Shown here one piece after another: positions 54,908 to 64,000 of a stretch of 64,000 bases of DNA; the first letter of the stretch is position 1; each line of letters begins with the position of its first letter. The stretch comes from Planctomycetes bacterium UBA1146 (GTDB lineage Bacteria; Planctomycetota; UBA8108): NCBI GenBank assembly GCA_963579555.1, contig CAUZHA010000005.1:9938-73937 (forward strand), given 5' to 3'. The position numbers and the translations under genes were made by a program. Under the pieces are notes generated by a model, which searched no databases, had not been told where the DNA came from, and saw only the letters and a list, made by a program, of their open reading frames with translations.

Positions 54908-57900
54908 ATGAAAAGACAGGTTGTCACGCTGGTGGCGACTTCTATGCTGTCGGTCCTTTCGGCTCATGTCCTTTTGGCTGCTGAAGCCCATCGCTATGCG
55001 GCTGTTTTTTCTGATGGGGCCATGGTCGAGGGGAACCACCTCCACCGCTGGAATGATCGACAGAGCGTTCCCACCCTCGAGGGGGTGAGCCTCATCGACC
55101 CCGGAAACCCGGTTCGTTGGCTTCGCGACCGGCGTCTTCGGGAGAAGGCGTATAAGGATTTCGCCGCCAGCTTTGTGGAATTTGTCGGAGGGGACAGGTT
55201 GCCGGGCAAGGTGGTTGGGGCGGGCTTTGAGACCGCCGGAGGTGCGGCCTCCTGCCTGTTGGTTGATACAGAGGGAGCCTTTGCGCATCCTGGCGGGACA
55301 GGGAAGAAATATTTTCGCGTACTGCCTTCAAAGGTCCAGCGGATCGTCTGGCGCCGGGCAAAGATCCAGGTGCTGACTCCCGGCTTCGCCTATCTCCGCA
55401 GTGGCCGCCTGGTCGAGTTTCGCCGCCTGCGCTGGGGGCGGGGATCCATCTCTCTCCTGCTCAAAGATGGCGTCAAGGAGTTTTCCTTCGGAGAGCTGGA
55501 CGAGATTCACCCCTTTACCGATGATCCCTGGGAGATTTACTACAACGATCTCGCTGTTTTGAGTCCCGGTCTTGATGGGGTTCTGTTTCGTATTGAGACG
55601 GTGGATGGGCTTGTCGCGACCGCCAGCAGGCCCCGCTTCCATGCCGCCTCTTTCCAGTCCTTACAGGAGCGCGAGCGCTACAGCAGGATCAGCGCATCGC
55701 TCGAGGGCCAGCTGAAAAATTTTGACCGGCAGAATATGGTTTCGCTTGCGAAGATCGATGAGCTGGAGAAGAAGGTCGCGGAGGAGCTCAAGAGCCGGGC
55801 TGGAAAGCCCGGGGGCACTGAAAAGGTCAGGGCGCCGAACAAAGCTGGGAGTGTGCCTTCGTCCCTCGGCAGGCGGCATCAGCGACGACTCGAAACGCAC
55901 GATCGGTTGACCGCGAACCTTGAGAAGAGCCGGCTTCTGCAGCTGGAAAAGTTGTCGGAGGAGGAGAGGAAAGTCCAGCTGGATGCTTTCAGGAAGGACC
56001 GCCTTGCCCAGCGGAAGCAGATCGTAAAGCAGCAGGGCGAGGAGGCGGGCCGTGCTAGAGAGAGACGTCTTCAGCAGGAGAAGCGCAGGATCTACTCCAG
56101 GAGGGTTCTCAGCAGTGAGCAGATCAACAGGTTCTCTCAGGCAGCAAGCGGCGCGCGGCTGATTGCCGCGGTCGACGGATACAATAACTGGCTGGGCGCC
56201 ATGGAGGGGGCGCGGGAGAGAGCTGAGATGCTCCGCGAGGAGCGGGGCACACCTGACACCTGGCAGCATATGGTCCAGCCTGCCTGGTCCCTTGATCCGA
56301 TCTGGACCCCCTTCAACAGGATTCACAGCTGCAGCTTCTTCAGACCGGAGGAGCTACAGCTCTCGCGGTTGTACCCTGCTGCCTTCAAGGAACGGCACTA
56401 CCTGGCCAAGTCAGCGGGTTGGCGCGTGGATCGAAACAGCAGGAACGCTTTTCTTTCGAGTGCCAATAGGGGTTATGGCTGGGGTTATTCGGTACATGCC
56501 TACAATGAGCTGCACTTCGAGCTGGGGCCGCTGGTTACAAGCTTCAGGTCGCGCCTGGGACTCGACAGCCAGGTGGGGGATGGAGGCTGCGTCGTGGGTA
56601 GGGTCTTCCTCGGTTCAATGGAGGGGGAGCCTCTCTACCAGAGTCCTTTTCTCGTCGGCAGCTATCAGGCTGTGGATACAGGGCTGCTGCTCCTTCCTCT
56701 CCAGCCTGCAGGCAGCAGGCGCCTGATCCTGCAGGCTGATACCGCTCACGCTGAAGATATCTCCGCTGTCGATCCTTTCGATATCAGGGACATGGTCGAT
56801 TGGCTTGAGCCGATGCTCGAGCTGGATCGCAATCGCCTGGAGGAGGTGGTGAGGGATCGGGTCCATCTGAATGTTCCTGCCTGGCGAGACTGGAATCCGA
56901 TGTTCAGTCCTGGGGCGACGCGTGAATGGAAGGTCGTATTGGAGAGCAGGGGAGAAGAGAGTTTTTTTTCGGCCCTCGAACTGCGGGGAGCCCCGCTTCT
57001 CCTGAGCCGCAAGCTCCAGTCGCTGCCGGGGCGTAAATGGCTGGAGGTAGACATGGGCGAGGTCGATGCTTTGCTTCCGGACCCTTCCCTTCTGACGGTG
57101 AGGATCGATGGGAAGGAGCTCGAACCGGCTGAGCTGCCGCGGCGGCAACCCTGGCAGGCAGGCTCGATTCCCTTGCTCTACGATCTCGGGATCAACAACG
57201 AGTCTCCGGCTACGGTAGAGGTCAGTCAAAAACCCGGCAGGCAGCTGGTCTGCTGGAGGAGGCTCGCGATCACCAACAGGCCATCGGCGGTTTACGAGCT
57301 CTCAACGCTCCTGGAGGCCTCCGGCGGACGTGATCTCAAGCTGACCCAGGCCATCGCCCAGGTGGTAAGGTCGAGTCGGCTCGGCTTTGAGGAAAAGAAG
57401 GCCGCCCTTCAGCTCTACCAGAGGGGGGCTGAAATCAATTACCGCGTAGCGACTTCTCCTGGTAAGTCAAAGCTCGTTGGGCGTAAGGATCTCTGGAAGG
57501 CGGTCGCAAGTCACAATAACACCGACCCCTCCAGCGGCCCCCCGCTCGCTTTCGATAAAAATCCGAGCAGCCGCTGGACCTCAACATTCAGCCAGCAGCC
57601 CGGCATGTGGTTTACCATCGAGTTCCCCGGGCCGACCTTCCTTGGCGGGATCCGGTTGATGACGCCTGGCACAAACGACCATCCGGACGGGTACGAGATC
57701 TATGCTTCCATGGATGGGGTGAGGTGGTCCGGTGTGCTGGCCAGGGGGGTCGGGACCTCGCCGCTGACGGCCGCCCGTTTTGCGCCGATCGAAGGGAGGT
57801 TTCTCCGTATTGTCCAGACGGGTAAAAAGAGCCTCTGGTGGTCGATCCACGAAATCGAGGTTCTCCAGCCGGCGACCGTTGACGTGGTCAGTTCGATCCT

Positions 57901-58306
57901 GCTGGGTGAAAATTGGCGTGGGACGGATGACGATCTCAGCCTGCTCAAAAAACTATCCACCCTTCAATCCGTGTACTTTTCAGGGCAGAGCCCCAATAGC
58001 ACGGATGCGAGGCTCGCGCTGCGACAGGGCCTGGGAGCTGTAGCCTTCAAGGAGCACAAGCGCCTTCCTTCAATCACGGGGCCGGTGTGCGAATTCAAGG
58101 TTACCAATAAGACGAAGAAGACCATCCAGCTCATCTGGGTCGGTATGAATGCCGACGATGTGCCTCGCCCCGACCTGGTTCCCGGGCAGTCCTGGGTATG
58201 TCGGTCTTACGTCGGTCACAGATGGGAAGCGCGGGTCGATGGACGCAGAGTGGGTTTTTACGTGGTGGAGCCGGGTTTTGACTGGGATGTTCAGAATGAA
58301 CAATGA
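54908..58306 (+). CDS. Large secreted protein: coiled coil, NPCBM, F5/8 discoidin, VHL-beta-like domain (paralog A)
   Basis: Signal peptide; GYSVHAYNEL.F.L..F...GLD NPCBM-like; AFD.NPSSRWTS..WWSI.EI F5/8; N.T...I..IW...SYVGHRW VHL-like. Confidence 0.7.
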   Translation: MKRQVVTLVATSMLSVLSAHVLLAAEAHRYAAVFSDGAMVEGNHLHRWNDRQSVPTLEGVSLIDPGNPVRWLRDRRLREKAYKDFAASFVEFVGGDRLPGKVVGAGFETAGGAASCLLVDTEGAFAHPGGTGKKYFRVLPSKVQRIVWRRAKIQVLTPGFAYLRSGRLVEFRRLRWGRGSISLLLKDGVKEFSFGELDEIHPFTDDPWEIYYNDLAVLSPGLDGVLFRIETVDGLVATASRPRFHAASFQSLQERERYSRISASLEGQLKNFDRQNMVSLAKIDELEKKVAEELKSRAGKPGGTEKVRAPNKAGSVPSSLGRRHQRRLETHDRLTANLEKSRLLQLEKLSEEERKVQLDAFRKDRLAQRKQIVKQQGEEAGRARERRLQQEKRRIYSRRVLSSEQINRFSQAASGARLIAAVDGYNNWLGAMEGARERAEMLREERGTPDTWQHMVQPAWSLDPIWTPFNRIHSCSFFRPEELQLSRLYPAAFKERHYLAKSAGWRVDRNSRNAFLSSANRGYGWGYSVHAYNELHFELGPLVTSFRSRLGLDSQVGDGGCVVGRVFLGSMEGEPLYQSPFLVGSYQAVDTGLLLLPLQPAGSRRLILQADTAHAEDISAVDPFDIRDMVDWLEPMLELDRNRLEEVVRDRVHLNVPAWRDWNPMFSPGATREWKVVLESRGEESFFSALELRGAPLLLSRKLQSLPGRKWLEVDMGEVDALLPDPSLLTVRIDGKELEPAELPRRQPWQAGSIPLLYDLGINNESPATVEVSQKPGRQLVCWRRLAITNRPSAVYELSTLLEASGGRDLKLTQAIAQVVRSSRLGFEEKKAALQLYQRGAEINYRVATSPGKSKLVGRKDLWKAVASHNNTDPSSGPPLAFDKNPSSRWTSTFSQQPGMWFTIEFPGPTFLGGIRLMTPGTNDHPDGYEIYASMDGVRWSGVLARGVGTSPLTAARFAPIEGRFLRIVQTGKKSLWWSIHEIEVLQPATVDVVSSILLGENWRGTDDDLSLLKKLSTLQSVYFSGQSPNSTDARLALRQGLGAVAFKEHKRLPSITGPVCEFKVTNKTKKTIQLIWVGMNADDVPRPDLVPGQSWVCRSYVGHRWEARVDGRRVGFYVVEPGFDWDVQNEQ

Positions 58307-58497
58307 GCGCTTCAGCCGACAGGGCCCTGGGGCTTGGTCCTGGGGAATTCGCCTCACCCGTGGGATCGGCCGCGTAATTTCCGCATCCCTCCCGGCTGAA
58401 CAGCCTGGGGCTTTACGGGGAGGCTGTAGCCTTGTGGCGGTGTTCTTGTGTAGAATGATTCAGCTACTTGCTTTTTAAGGAAGGTAAGGAAGGTTTG

Positions 58498-61400
58498 ATG
58501 AGACGCTCGCCTGTTACCTCTCTATCGATGGTTCTACTTTTGGTCCTGTCGGTGGAGTTTCTGTCGGCGGCCGAATCCAATCCTTATGTCGTCGTGTTTT
58601 CTGATGGCGCGGTTCTCGAGGGAGAGCTGCTCCGTTTCTGGAACGATCCACAGAGCAAGCCCGAGCTCGAGGGCGTCAGCCTTTTCGATTCAAGCAATCC
58701 GGCCAGGTGGATCAGGGATCGCCGGTTGCGGGAGAAGGCCTACAAGTATTCCCCCGAGTGCTTCGTCGAATTTATCGGCGGGGACAGGTTGCCGGGGAAG
58801 GTTGTGAGTGCCAGCTTTGAGGCCCAGGGAACCAGTCCTTCCTCTCTACGTGTTGACACAGATGGAGCCTTTGCCCGCCCCGGCACGGTGGCGAGAAAGT
58901 ATTTCAGGGTCTTTCCTTCCAAGGTGCAGAGGATCGTCTGGCGCAGGATTGACAGGCAGGTTCTTACCCCCGGGGTTGCCTATCTGCGAGACGGGCAGGC
59001 AATCGAGTTTCGCCGTCTGCGCTGGGGAGAGGCGTCCGTTTTTCTTCTGCTGAGCGATGGAGTCAAGGAATTCGCCTTCGGCGAACTGGCCGAGATCCAT
59101 CCCCGGTCCGGGGACCCCTGGGAATCTTATTACGATGATCTCGCCGTTCTCAGCCCGAATCTGAGGGAGTCGCTGTCTCAATTTGAATCGGTCGATGGGC
59201 TCATTGTCACTTTCTCCAGTGGGCGCTTCCAGGCGATGGGTTACAGCTCGCTTGAAGAGCAGGAACAGTTGGGGAGGGACAGGGAGTCCCTCAAGGGGCA
59301 ACTCAAGAACTTTGAACAGCACAACAAGACCGCCCTGGAGAAGATCAAGGCTCTTGAGCGGAAGCTGGATGAGGAGCTAAAAAAACAGGCTGCGGTGAAC
59401 ACACCTGACAAAAGGCAAGAGGACAAGCTGCGTGAGGGCACGGTTCGTCACCTGTCCCAGATGGAGAAGCGTCACAAACGTCGGTTGGAGTCGTACGATC
59501 GGCTGACTGCGAGCCAGGAGAAGACCAGGCTCAAGCAGCTCAAGAAGCTGCCCGAGGACAAGAGGAAGGCTCAAGTGGAAGCCTTCAGGCTGGACCGTCT
59601 TCGTCAGCGCGAGCGGCTCGAGCGGCAGAATGCCGATGAGACCCGGAGGACGAAGGCTCAACGCCAGCAGCAGGATCAGCGCCGGATCGAAAAAATCAGG
59701 GTTCTCAAGCGGGATCAGCTCAAACGGGCTAAGAAATCCAGGACGGCGGAGAAATTGTTCTCCCAGGTTGACGAATACAACGACTGGCTGGCTGCCATGG
59801 AGAAGGTGAAGGTTCGGATTGAGATGCTCCGGGGTGACCAGGGAGGGCCGGAGACCTGGCAGCATATGGCGCATCCGGCCTGGTCTCTGGATCCGGTCTG
59901 GACTCCTTTCAATAGGATCCACACCTACAGCTTCTTCAAGCCGGAGGAGATACCCCTCTCACGTTTATATCCCGCGGTGTTCAGGGAACGACACTTCCTG
60001 GCCAAGGATGCCGGCTGGCGGCTGAACCGAAACAGCAGGAACGCCTTTCTTGCCAGCGCCAGCAGGACGTATGGCTGGGGCTACGCAGTGCACGCTTACA
60101 ACGAGCTGCATTTTGACCTTCATCCCTTGGTGATGGCGTTCAGGTCCCATCTCGGCTTGGACCGGAGAGTCGGGGATGGAGGCTGCGCCATCGGCCGGGT
60201 CTTCCTGGATTCCATGGATGGGAAGCCTCTCTACGAGAGCCCCTTCCTGGTCGGCAGCTACCAGACAGTCGATACCGGGCGACTGGAGCTCGCCGCCGCG
60301 GCGGAAGGCCGCAAGAGGCGGTTGATCCTGCAGGCTGATACGGCCCACGATGAAGGGATCTCCTCCGTCGACCCGTTCGATATTCGTGACATGGTCGATT
60401 GGCTGGAGCCGATGCTTCAGCTTGACCGCAAACGTCTCGCGGTGCTCGTGAGCAACCGGGTTCATCTCAATGTTCCCGCCTGGAAAAGCTGGACCCCGAC
60501 AATCGCCGCTGCAGCTGTTTGCGATTGGCGGGTTGTATTCGAGAACAGGGGAGAAGGATATTTCTTTCCGGCTCTTTCTCTGCAGGGCGCCCCCGTTATT
60601 CTTAGCCGAACGGTTCAGCCCTCCGAGACGAGGAAATGGTTGCAGGTCGATATGAGCCAGGTCAATGTTCTACGGCCGGATTCTTCGCGGCTCGTGGTTC
60701 GGCTCGATGGAAAGGCGCTCGATCCGGCTGAGCTGCCCCGGCGGCAGCCCTGGCAGGTGGGCTCCATTCCTTTGCTCTATGACCTGGGGGTTAACAGGGA
60801 CGCTCCGGCTACGATCGAGGTGACCCAGAATCCGGGTAAGGAATTGATCTGCTGGAGAAAGCTCGAGATCGTCAATGGGCCATCGGCGGTATACGAGCTG
60901 TCGACTCTCCTGGAGGAGGCTGGCGGAAAAGATCTGCAACTGACCCAGGCTATTGCGAGGGTGCTCAAATCAGCGCGGCTCGACTTTGAAGAAAAGAAGG
61001 CCGCTCTTCAGCTCTACCAGAAGGGCGCTGAGATCAACTACCGCAGAAAGGCTCCTGTCGCGTCAATTAAGATTCTCGGCAGCAAGGACCTCTGGAGGGT
61101 CGCCGCGAGCCATTCCTCCACGGATGAATTTAAACCCCGGAACGCCATCGATGGGAATCCCGACACCCGCTGGACCTCGCACGCAAGCCAGCAGCCGGGC
61201 ATGTGGTTCTCCGTCGAATTCCCCGGTCCGACCCTCATCGGAGGCGTCCGCCTGAAGGGGCAGGGAAGGAACGATTACCCGGTGGGCTACCAGATCTACA
61301 GCTCACTGGATGGGGTTAAGTGGTCGGGTATACTGGCCCAGGGGGTGGGGTCCTCGCCGGTGACAGAATCCATTTTTCAGTCGGTCGAAGCGAAATTCCT

Positions 61401-61905
61401 GCGAATCGTCCAGACAGGAAAAACTACCCTGTGGTGGTCGATCAACGAGATCCAGGTTCTTGAGCCGGCGACCGTCGACGTGGTTTCATCTGTTCTGCTG
61501 GGTGAGAAATGGCATGGAGACGATGAGGACCTGGCCGTGCTGAAAAAGGTTCCGACTCTGGGCGCGGTTCACCTCTCCGGGCAGCTCCAGAACAGTCCCG
61601 AAGCCCTCACAGAGCTGCGGCAGAGCCTGGGGTTTGTTGCCTTTGAGGAGCATGAGCGCATTCCTTCTCATTCAGGTACCCCGGCCTGTGATTTCAAGGT
61701 CATCAACAAGACGGATAAGCTGCTGAAGATCGTCTGGATCGGATTTGATTCCGTCTACACCCCGTATCCGGACCTGGGGTCCCGGGAGACCTCGATCAGG
61801 AAATCTTACGTGGGGCACAGATGGGAAGCGCAGCTCGATGGGCGCAGGCTCGGTTTCTATGTCGTGGAGCCGGGCCTTGAGTGGGTCATCTCCGATGAGA
61901 AATAA
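58498..61905 (+). CDS. Tandem paralog B of 54908 with the same architecture
   Basis: Collinear similarity over the whole length (e.g. VDPFDIRDMVDWLEPML identical). Confidence 0.75.
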   Translation: MRRSPVTSLSMVLLLVLSVEFLSAAESNPYVVVFSDGAVLEGELLRFWNDPQSKPELEGVSLFDSSNPARWIRDRRLREKAYKYSPECFVEFIGGDRLPGKVVSASFEAQGTSPSSLRVDTDGAFARPGTVARKYFRVFPSKVQRIVWRRIDRQVLTPGVAYLRDGQAIEFRRLRWGEASVFLLLSDGVKEFAFGELAEIHPRSGDPWESYYDDLAVLSPNLRESLSQFESVDGLIVTFSSGRFQAMGYSSLEEQEQLGRDRESLKGQLKNFEQHNKTALEKIKALERKLDEELKKQAAVNTPDKRQEDKLREGTVRHLSQMEKRHKRRLESYDRLTASQEKTRLKQLKKLPEDKRKAQVEAFRLDRLRQRERLERQNADETRRTKAQRQQQDQRRIEKIRVLKRDQLKRAKKSRTAEKLFSQVDEYNDWLAAMEKVKVRIEMLRGDQGGPETWQHMAHPAWSLDPVWTPFNRIHTYSFFKPEEIPLSRLYPAVFRERHFLAKDAGWRLNRNSRNAFLASASRTYGWGYAVHAYNELHFDLHPLVMAFRSHLGLDRRVGDGGCAIGRVFLDSMDGKPLYESPFLVGSYQTVDTGRLELAAAAEGRKRRLILQADTAHDEGISSVDPFDIRDMVDWLEPMLQLDRKRLAVLVSNRVHLNVPAWKSWTPTIAAAAVCDWRVVFENRGEGYFFPALSLQGAPVILSRTVQPSETRKWLQVDMSQVNVLRPDSSRLVVRLDGKALDPAELPRRQPWQVGSIPLLYDLGVNRDAPATIEVTQNPGKELICWRKLEIVNGPSAVYELSTLLEEAGGKDLQLTQAIARVLKSARLDFEEKKAALQLYQKGAEINYRRKAPVASIKILGSKDLWRVAASHSSTDEFKPRNAIDGNPDTRWTSHASQQPGMWFSVEFPGPTLIGGVRLKGQGRNDYPVGYQIYSSLDGVKWSGILAQGVGSSPVTESIFQSVEAKFLRIVQTGKTTLWWSINEIQVLEPATVDVVSSVLLGEKWHGDDEDLAVLKKVPTLGAVHLSGQLQNSPEALTELRQSLGFVAFEEHERIPSHSGTPACDFKVINKTDKLLKIVWIGFDSVYTPYPDLGSRETSIRKSYVGHRWEAQLDGRRLGFYVVEPGLEWVISDEK

Positions 61906-61936
61906 AGCTTACGGCTGCGGGCTGGTTCGGTCGCGT

Positions 61937-62425
61937 ATGGACTGTGCAAGGCAGGCCTGGCCGGCTGTTCGGCTTTCGATGGAGCTGGAGGCGCCGGTGT
62001 CAAAGGAACGGCTCTGGGAATTCGTATCTGATCTTCGATTGTTTCTCACCATTGATCCCTATCATCGACGTGTGCTTCCGATGCGCAGGCCTATCGGGGA
62101 GGGTACCCACCTGGCGATTGAGCATGGCCTGCTGGGGGTCACTTTTTTTCGTTTTGGCCGGGTCCTGGGCTGGAATGAGGGTAGCGGCTATTCCTTCAGC
62201 GACCTGTCATCCCGCGGCCCGCGTCACGGTTTTCCCCATATCTTTGAGGTCACCCTCGAGTCCCATCGGGACTCGGGGCGGGAGTTCAGCACGCTCAGGA
62301 TCGAGGTGAAGGGACGTTGGACAGCCCGGCCTGTTCCTGCCGTGCTGAGGTCCTGGTGGCTCAGGTTCACCTGCGGCCTGCATCTGAGGATGCTCAGGCG
62401 AAAGCTCGAGGATCTCATCGAGTGA
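61937..62425 (+). CDS. SRPBCC/START-like small protein
   Basis: LEAPVSKERLWEFVSD..RVLGWNEG; start uncertain (61937 or 61979). Confidence 0.5.
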   Translation: MDCARQAWPAVRLSMELEAPVSKERLWEFVSDLRLFLTIDPYHRRVLPMRRPIGEGTHLAIEHGLLGVTFFRFGRVLGWNEGSGYSFSDLSSRGPRHGFPHIFEVTLESHRDSGREFSTLRIEVKGRWTARPVPAVLRSWWLRFTCGLHLRMLRRKLEDLIE

Positions 62426-63561
62426 CCCATTATTGTCTTCGCTGTTACAGAGAGCTGAGGCCGGCGCCTTCCCACCCGGACGGGACCAGCGACGGCAAGG
62501 CGGAGGTCGATGCCGCCTGCCCCCATTGCAGTCTCCAATACGACCCGCTGGATGAACAGACCTTTGTCTCTTTCGATATCCTGTCGCCCTGGGCAGCTTA
62601 CCTGCTGGCTTTCCTTGTCTTGTTGTTTGGCGGCGGGTGCTTCCTGGTCTCGACGAATTATAACGAGGGGGTGGGCTGGGCGATTGTCCTGGGGCTTCCG
62701 GTCTGCGCGGGAGCTGTCCTGGGCTATTCATCGAGCCCAGGGCGTTTTCGGGCCTGGCAGAAGGTGATCCTAGGCATCATGCTTTTCTGCGGATTCGTGA
62801 TGGTTGCGGGTCTCCTTGGAGGTGTCGGCGCTGGCGCATTCTGTCTTGTGACGTTGGGCATAGTTTTCATCCTGCCCTTCTTTTTTGGCGACTGGATTGG
62901 GTACGTGATCCGACGCTGGGATGAGCGGAAACAGCGCGGCTGGCCCCGGAGATGGATGAAGATCGTGATCTTCCTGCTTCTGCCCTTCGGGCTGGATGCT
63001 ATCGAACGCCTGGTCCCCCGCGATGAGGACCTGGCCCTTGTCGAGACCCAGGCCGTCTTCTCCGCCTCGCTGGAGCGGTCCTGGAATTCAATTGTCTTCT
63101 ATGAGCAGATCGAGCACGAACCTCCTTTCCTGCTGCGCCTGGCGCTTCCCCGCCCGGTCGGGACCACCGGCGGCAAGGCGGAGGTCGGTGACATCAGCCG
63201 CTGTGTGTATGAGAACGGCTATCTTGTCAAGAAGGTCACCAATCGTGAGGAGGGACACCTGCTTGGCTTCCGGGTCATCGAGCAGAAGCTTCACTTTGAG
63301 CATGACCTGGAGCTCAGAGAGGGGAGCTTCCGTGTCGAATCGGGTCCTGGGCCGGGAACCACGCTGGTTACGCTGACGACGACCTACAGGCGCCTGACCT
63401 ACCCTGCCTTCATCTGGCAGCCGGCGGAAACGCTGGTTTTCCATACCCTTCATGGCCATGTGCTCGAGGGCATGCGCGCTAACGCCGAAAGAGAGCTGGC
63501 TGTTGATTCGGCAGCGACTGCTCCAGAGGCAATCGGGCGCGCGCGATCTCTGGAGCGATAG
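62422..63561 (+). CDS. Membrane protein: N-terminal Zn ribbon, about 5 TMs, C-terminal SRPBCC-like domain
   Basis: GTG overlaps the upstream TGA; CLRC..CPHC; hydrophobic helices; LRLALPRP...LTTTY..H..HVLE. Confidence 0.7.
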   Translation: MTHYCLRCYRELRPAPSHPDGTSDGKAEVDAACPHCSLQYDPLDEQTFVSFDILSPWAAYLLAFLVLLFGGGCFLVSTNYNEGVGWAIVLGLPVCAGAVLGYSSSPGRFRAWQKVILGIMLFCGFVMVAGLLGGVGAGAFCLVTLGIVFILPFFFGDWIGYVIRRWDERKQRGWPRRWMKIVIFLLLPFGLDAIERLVPRDEDLALVETQAVFSASLERSWNSIVFYEQIEHEPPFLLRLALPRPVGTTGGKAEVGDISRCVYENGYLVKKVTNREEGHLLGFRVIEQKLHFEHDLELREGSFRVESGPGPGTTLVTLTTTYRRLTYPAFIWQPAETLVFHTLHGHVLEGMRANAERELAVDSAATAPEAIGRARSLER

Positions 63562-63662
63562 TCTCCGGCATGTCTCCTTGACGGAGATCCTATCGTCCCC
63601 GAGAATACATCCCTGTCCCGCAGGTATTTATTGTTCACCCGTTCACTGAGAGTGATCCACTC

Positions 63663-64000
63663 ATGCTTATTCAAATGAAGCTCGCGGTAATTTCCCCTGT
63701 GTTATTGTCCGTCTGCGTATTTCTTTTTGCCGAAGATGATGGGCTCAAACCCATCTTTGATGGAAAGACGCTTGAAGGTTGGGTGCAGGCGGGAGGTAAG
63801 GCTACCTATAGAGTTGAAGACGGAGCGGTTGTTGGGACAGCCGTTCCAAAGACGCCAAACAGTTTTCTCTGTACCCGTAAGCAATACGGTGATTTCGTGC
63901 TGGAACTGGAATTCAAGGTTGATCCCTCTCTGAATTCCGGCGTGCAGATTCGCAGCCATGTCTATGAAAAGGATACGATGGTTGAGATTCGAGGGAAGAA
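63663..64000 (+). CDS. DUF1080 protein, N-terminal part (3' truncated)
   Basis: Translated by hand: signal peptide, IFDGKTLEGW, PNSFLCT..YGDFVLELEFKVD..NSGVQIRS. Confidence 0.88.
   Translation, partial: MLIQMKLAVISPVLLSVCVFLFAEDDGLKPIFDGKTLEGWVQAGGKATYRVEDGAVVGTAVPKTPNSFLCTRKQYGDFVLELEFKVDPSLNSGVQIRSHVYEKDTMVEIRGK

Noticed and set aside
1-64000. Genome-wide UGA reassignment (genetic code 4 or 25) as the explanation for the in-frame TGAs
   Set aside because: Many genes here end cleanly at TGA after complete domains (e.g. 5168, 9814, 39865), and Trp and Gly use their normal codons

Overview
GC-rich bacterial DNA, almost certainly Planctomycetota (PSCyt1/DUF1549/DUF1553 protein, DUF1080 proteins, sulfatases, Cys-rich dockerins), with about 40 genes that mostly encode exported proteins. 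I saw no rRNA, tRNA, CRISPR array or mobile element. Three things stand out. (1) Two genes that the ORF track splits or truncates read as selenoprotein genes: an HMA-like lipoprotein with two in-frame UGA codons (U-I-U, 27225-27731) in a metal-uptake-like operon, and a secreted thioredoxin-fold protein (W-U-P-G, 41269-42321). Each has a SECIS-like hairpin at roughly the expected distance. (2) There is a dense cohesin-dockerin surface system of nine dockerin proteins: a three-cohesin scaffold, three single-cohesin adaptors, and non-CAZyme cargo (a 10-12-heme cytochrome, a protease, a sulfatase, a Zn-phospholipase C-like enzyme and a CotH kinase). It appears to have two dockerin classes. (3) There are several pseudoenzymes and nested domain insertions. 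All family calls come from motif recognition by eye; no searches were run.
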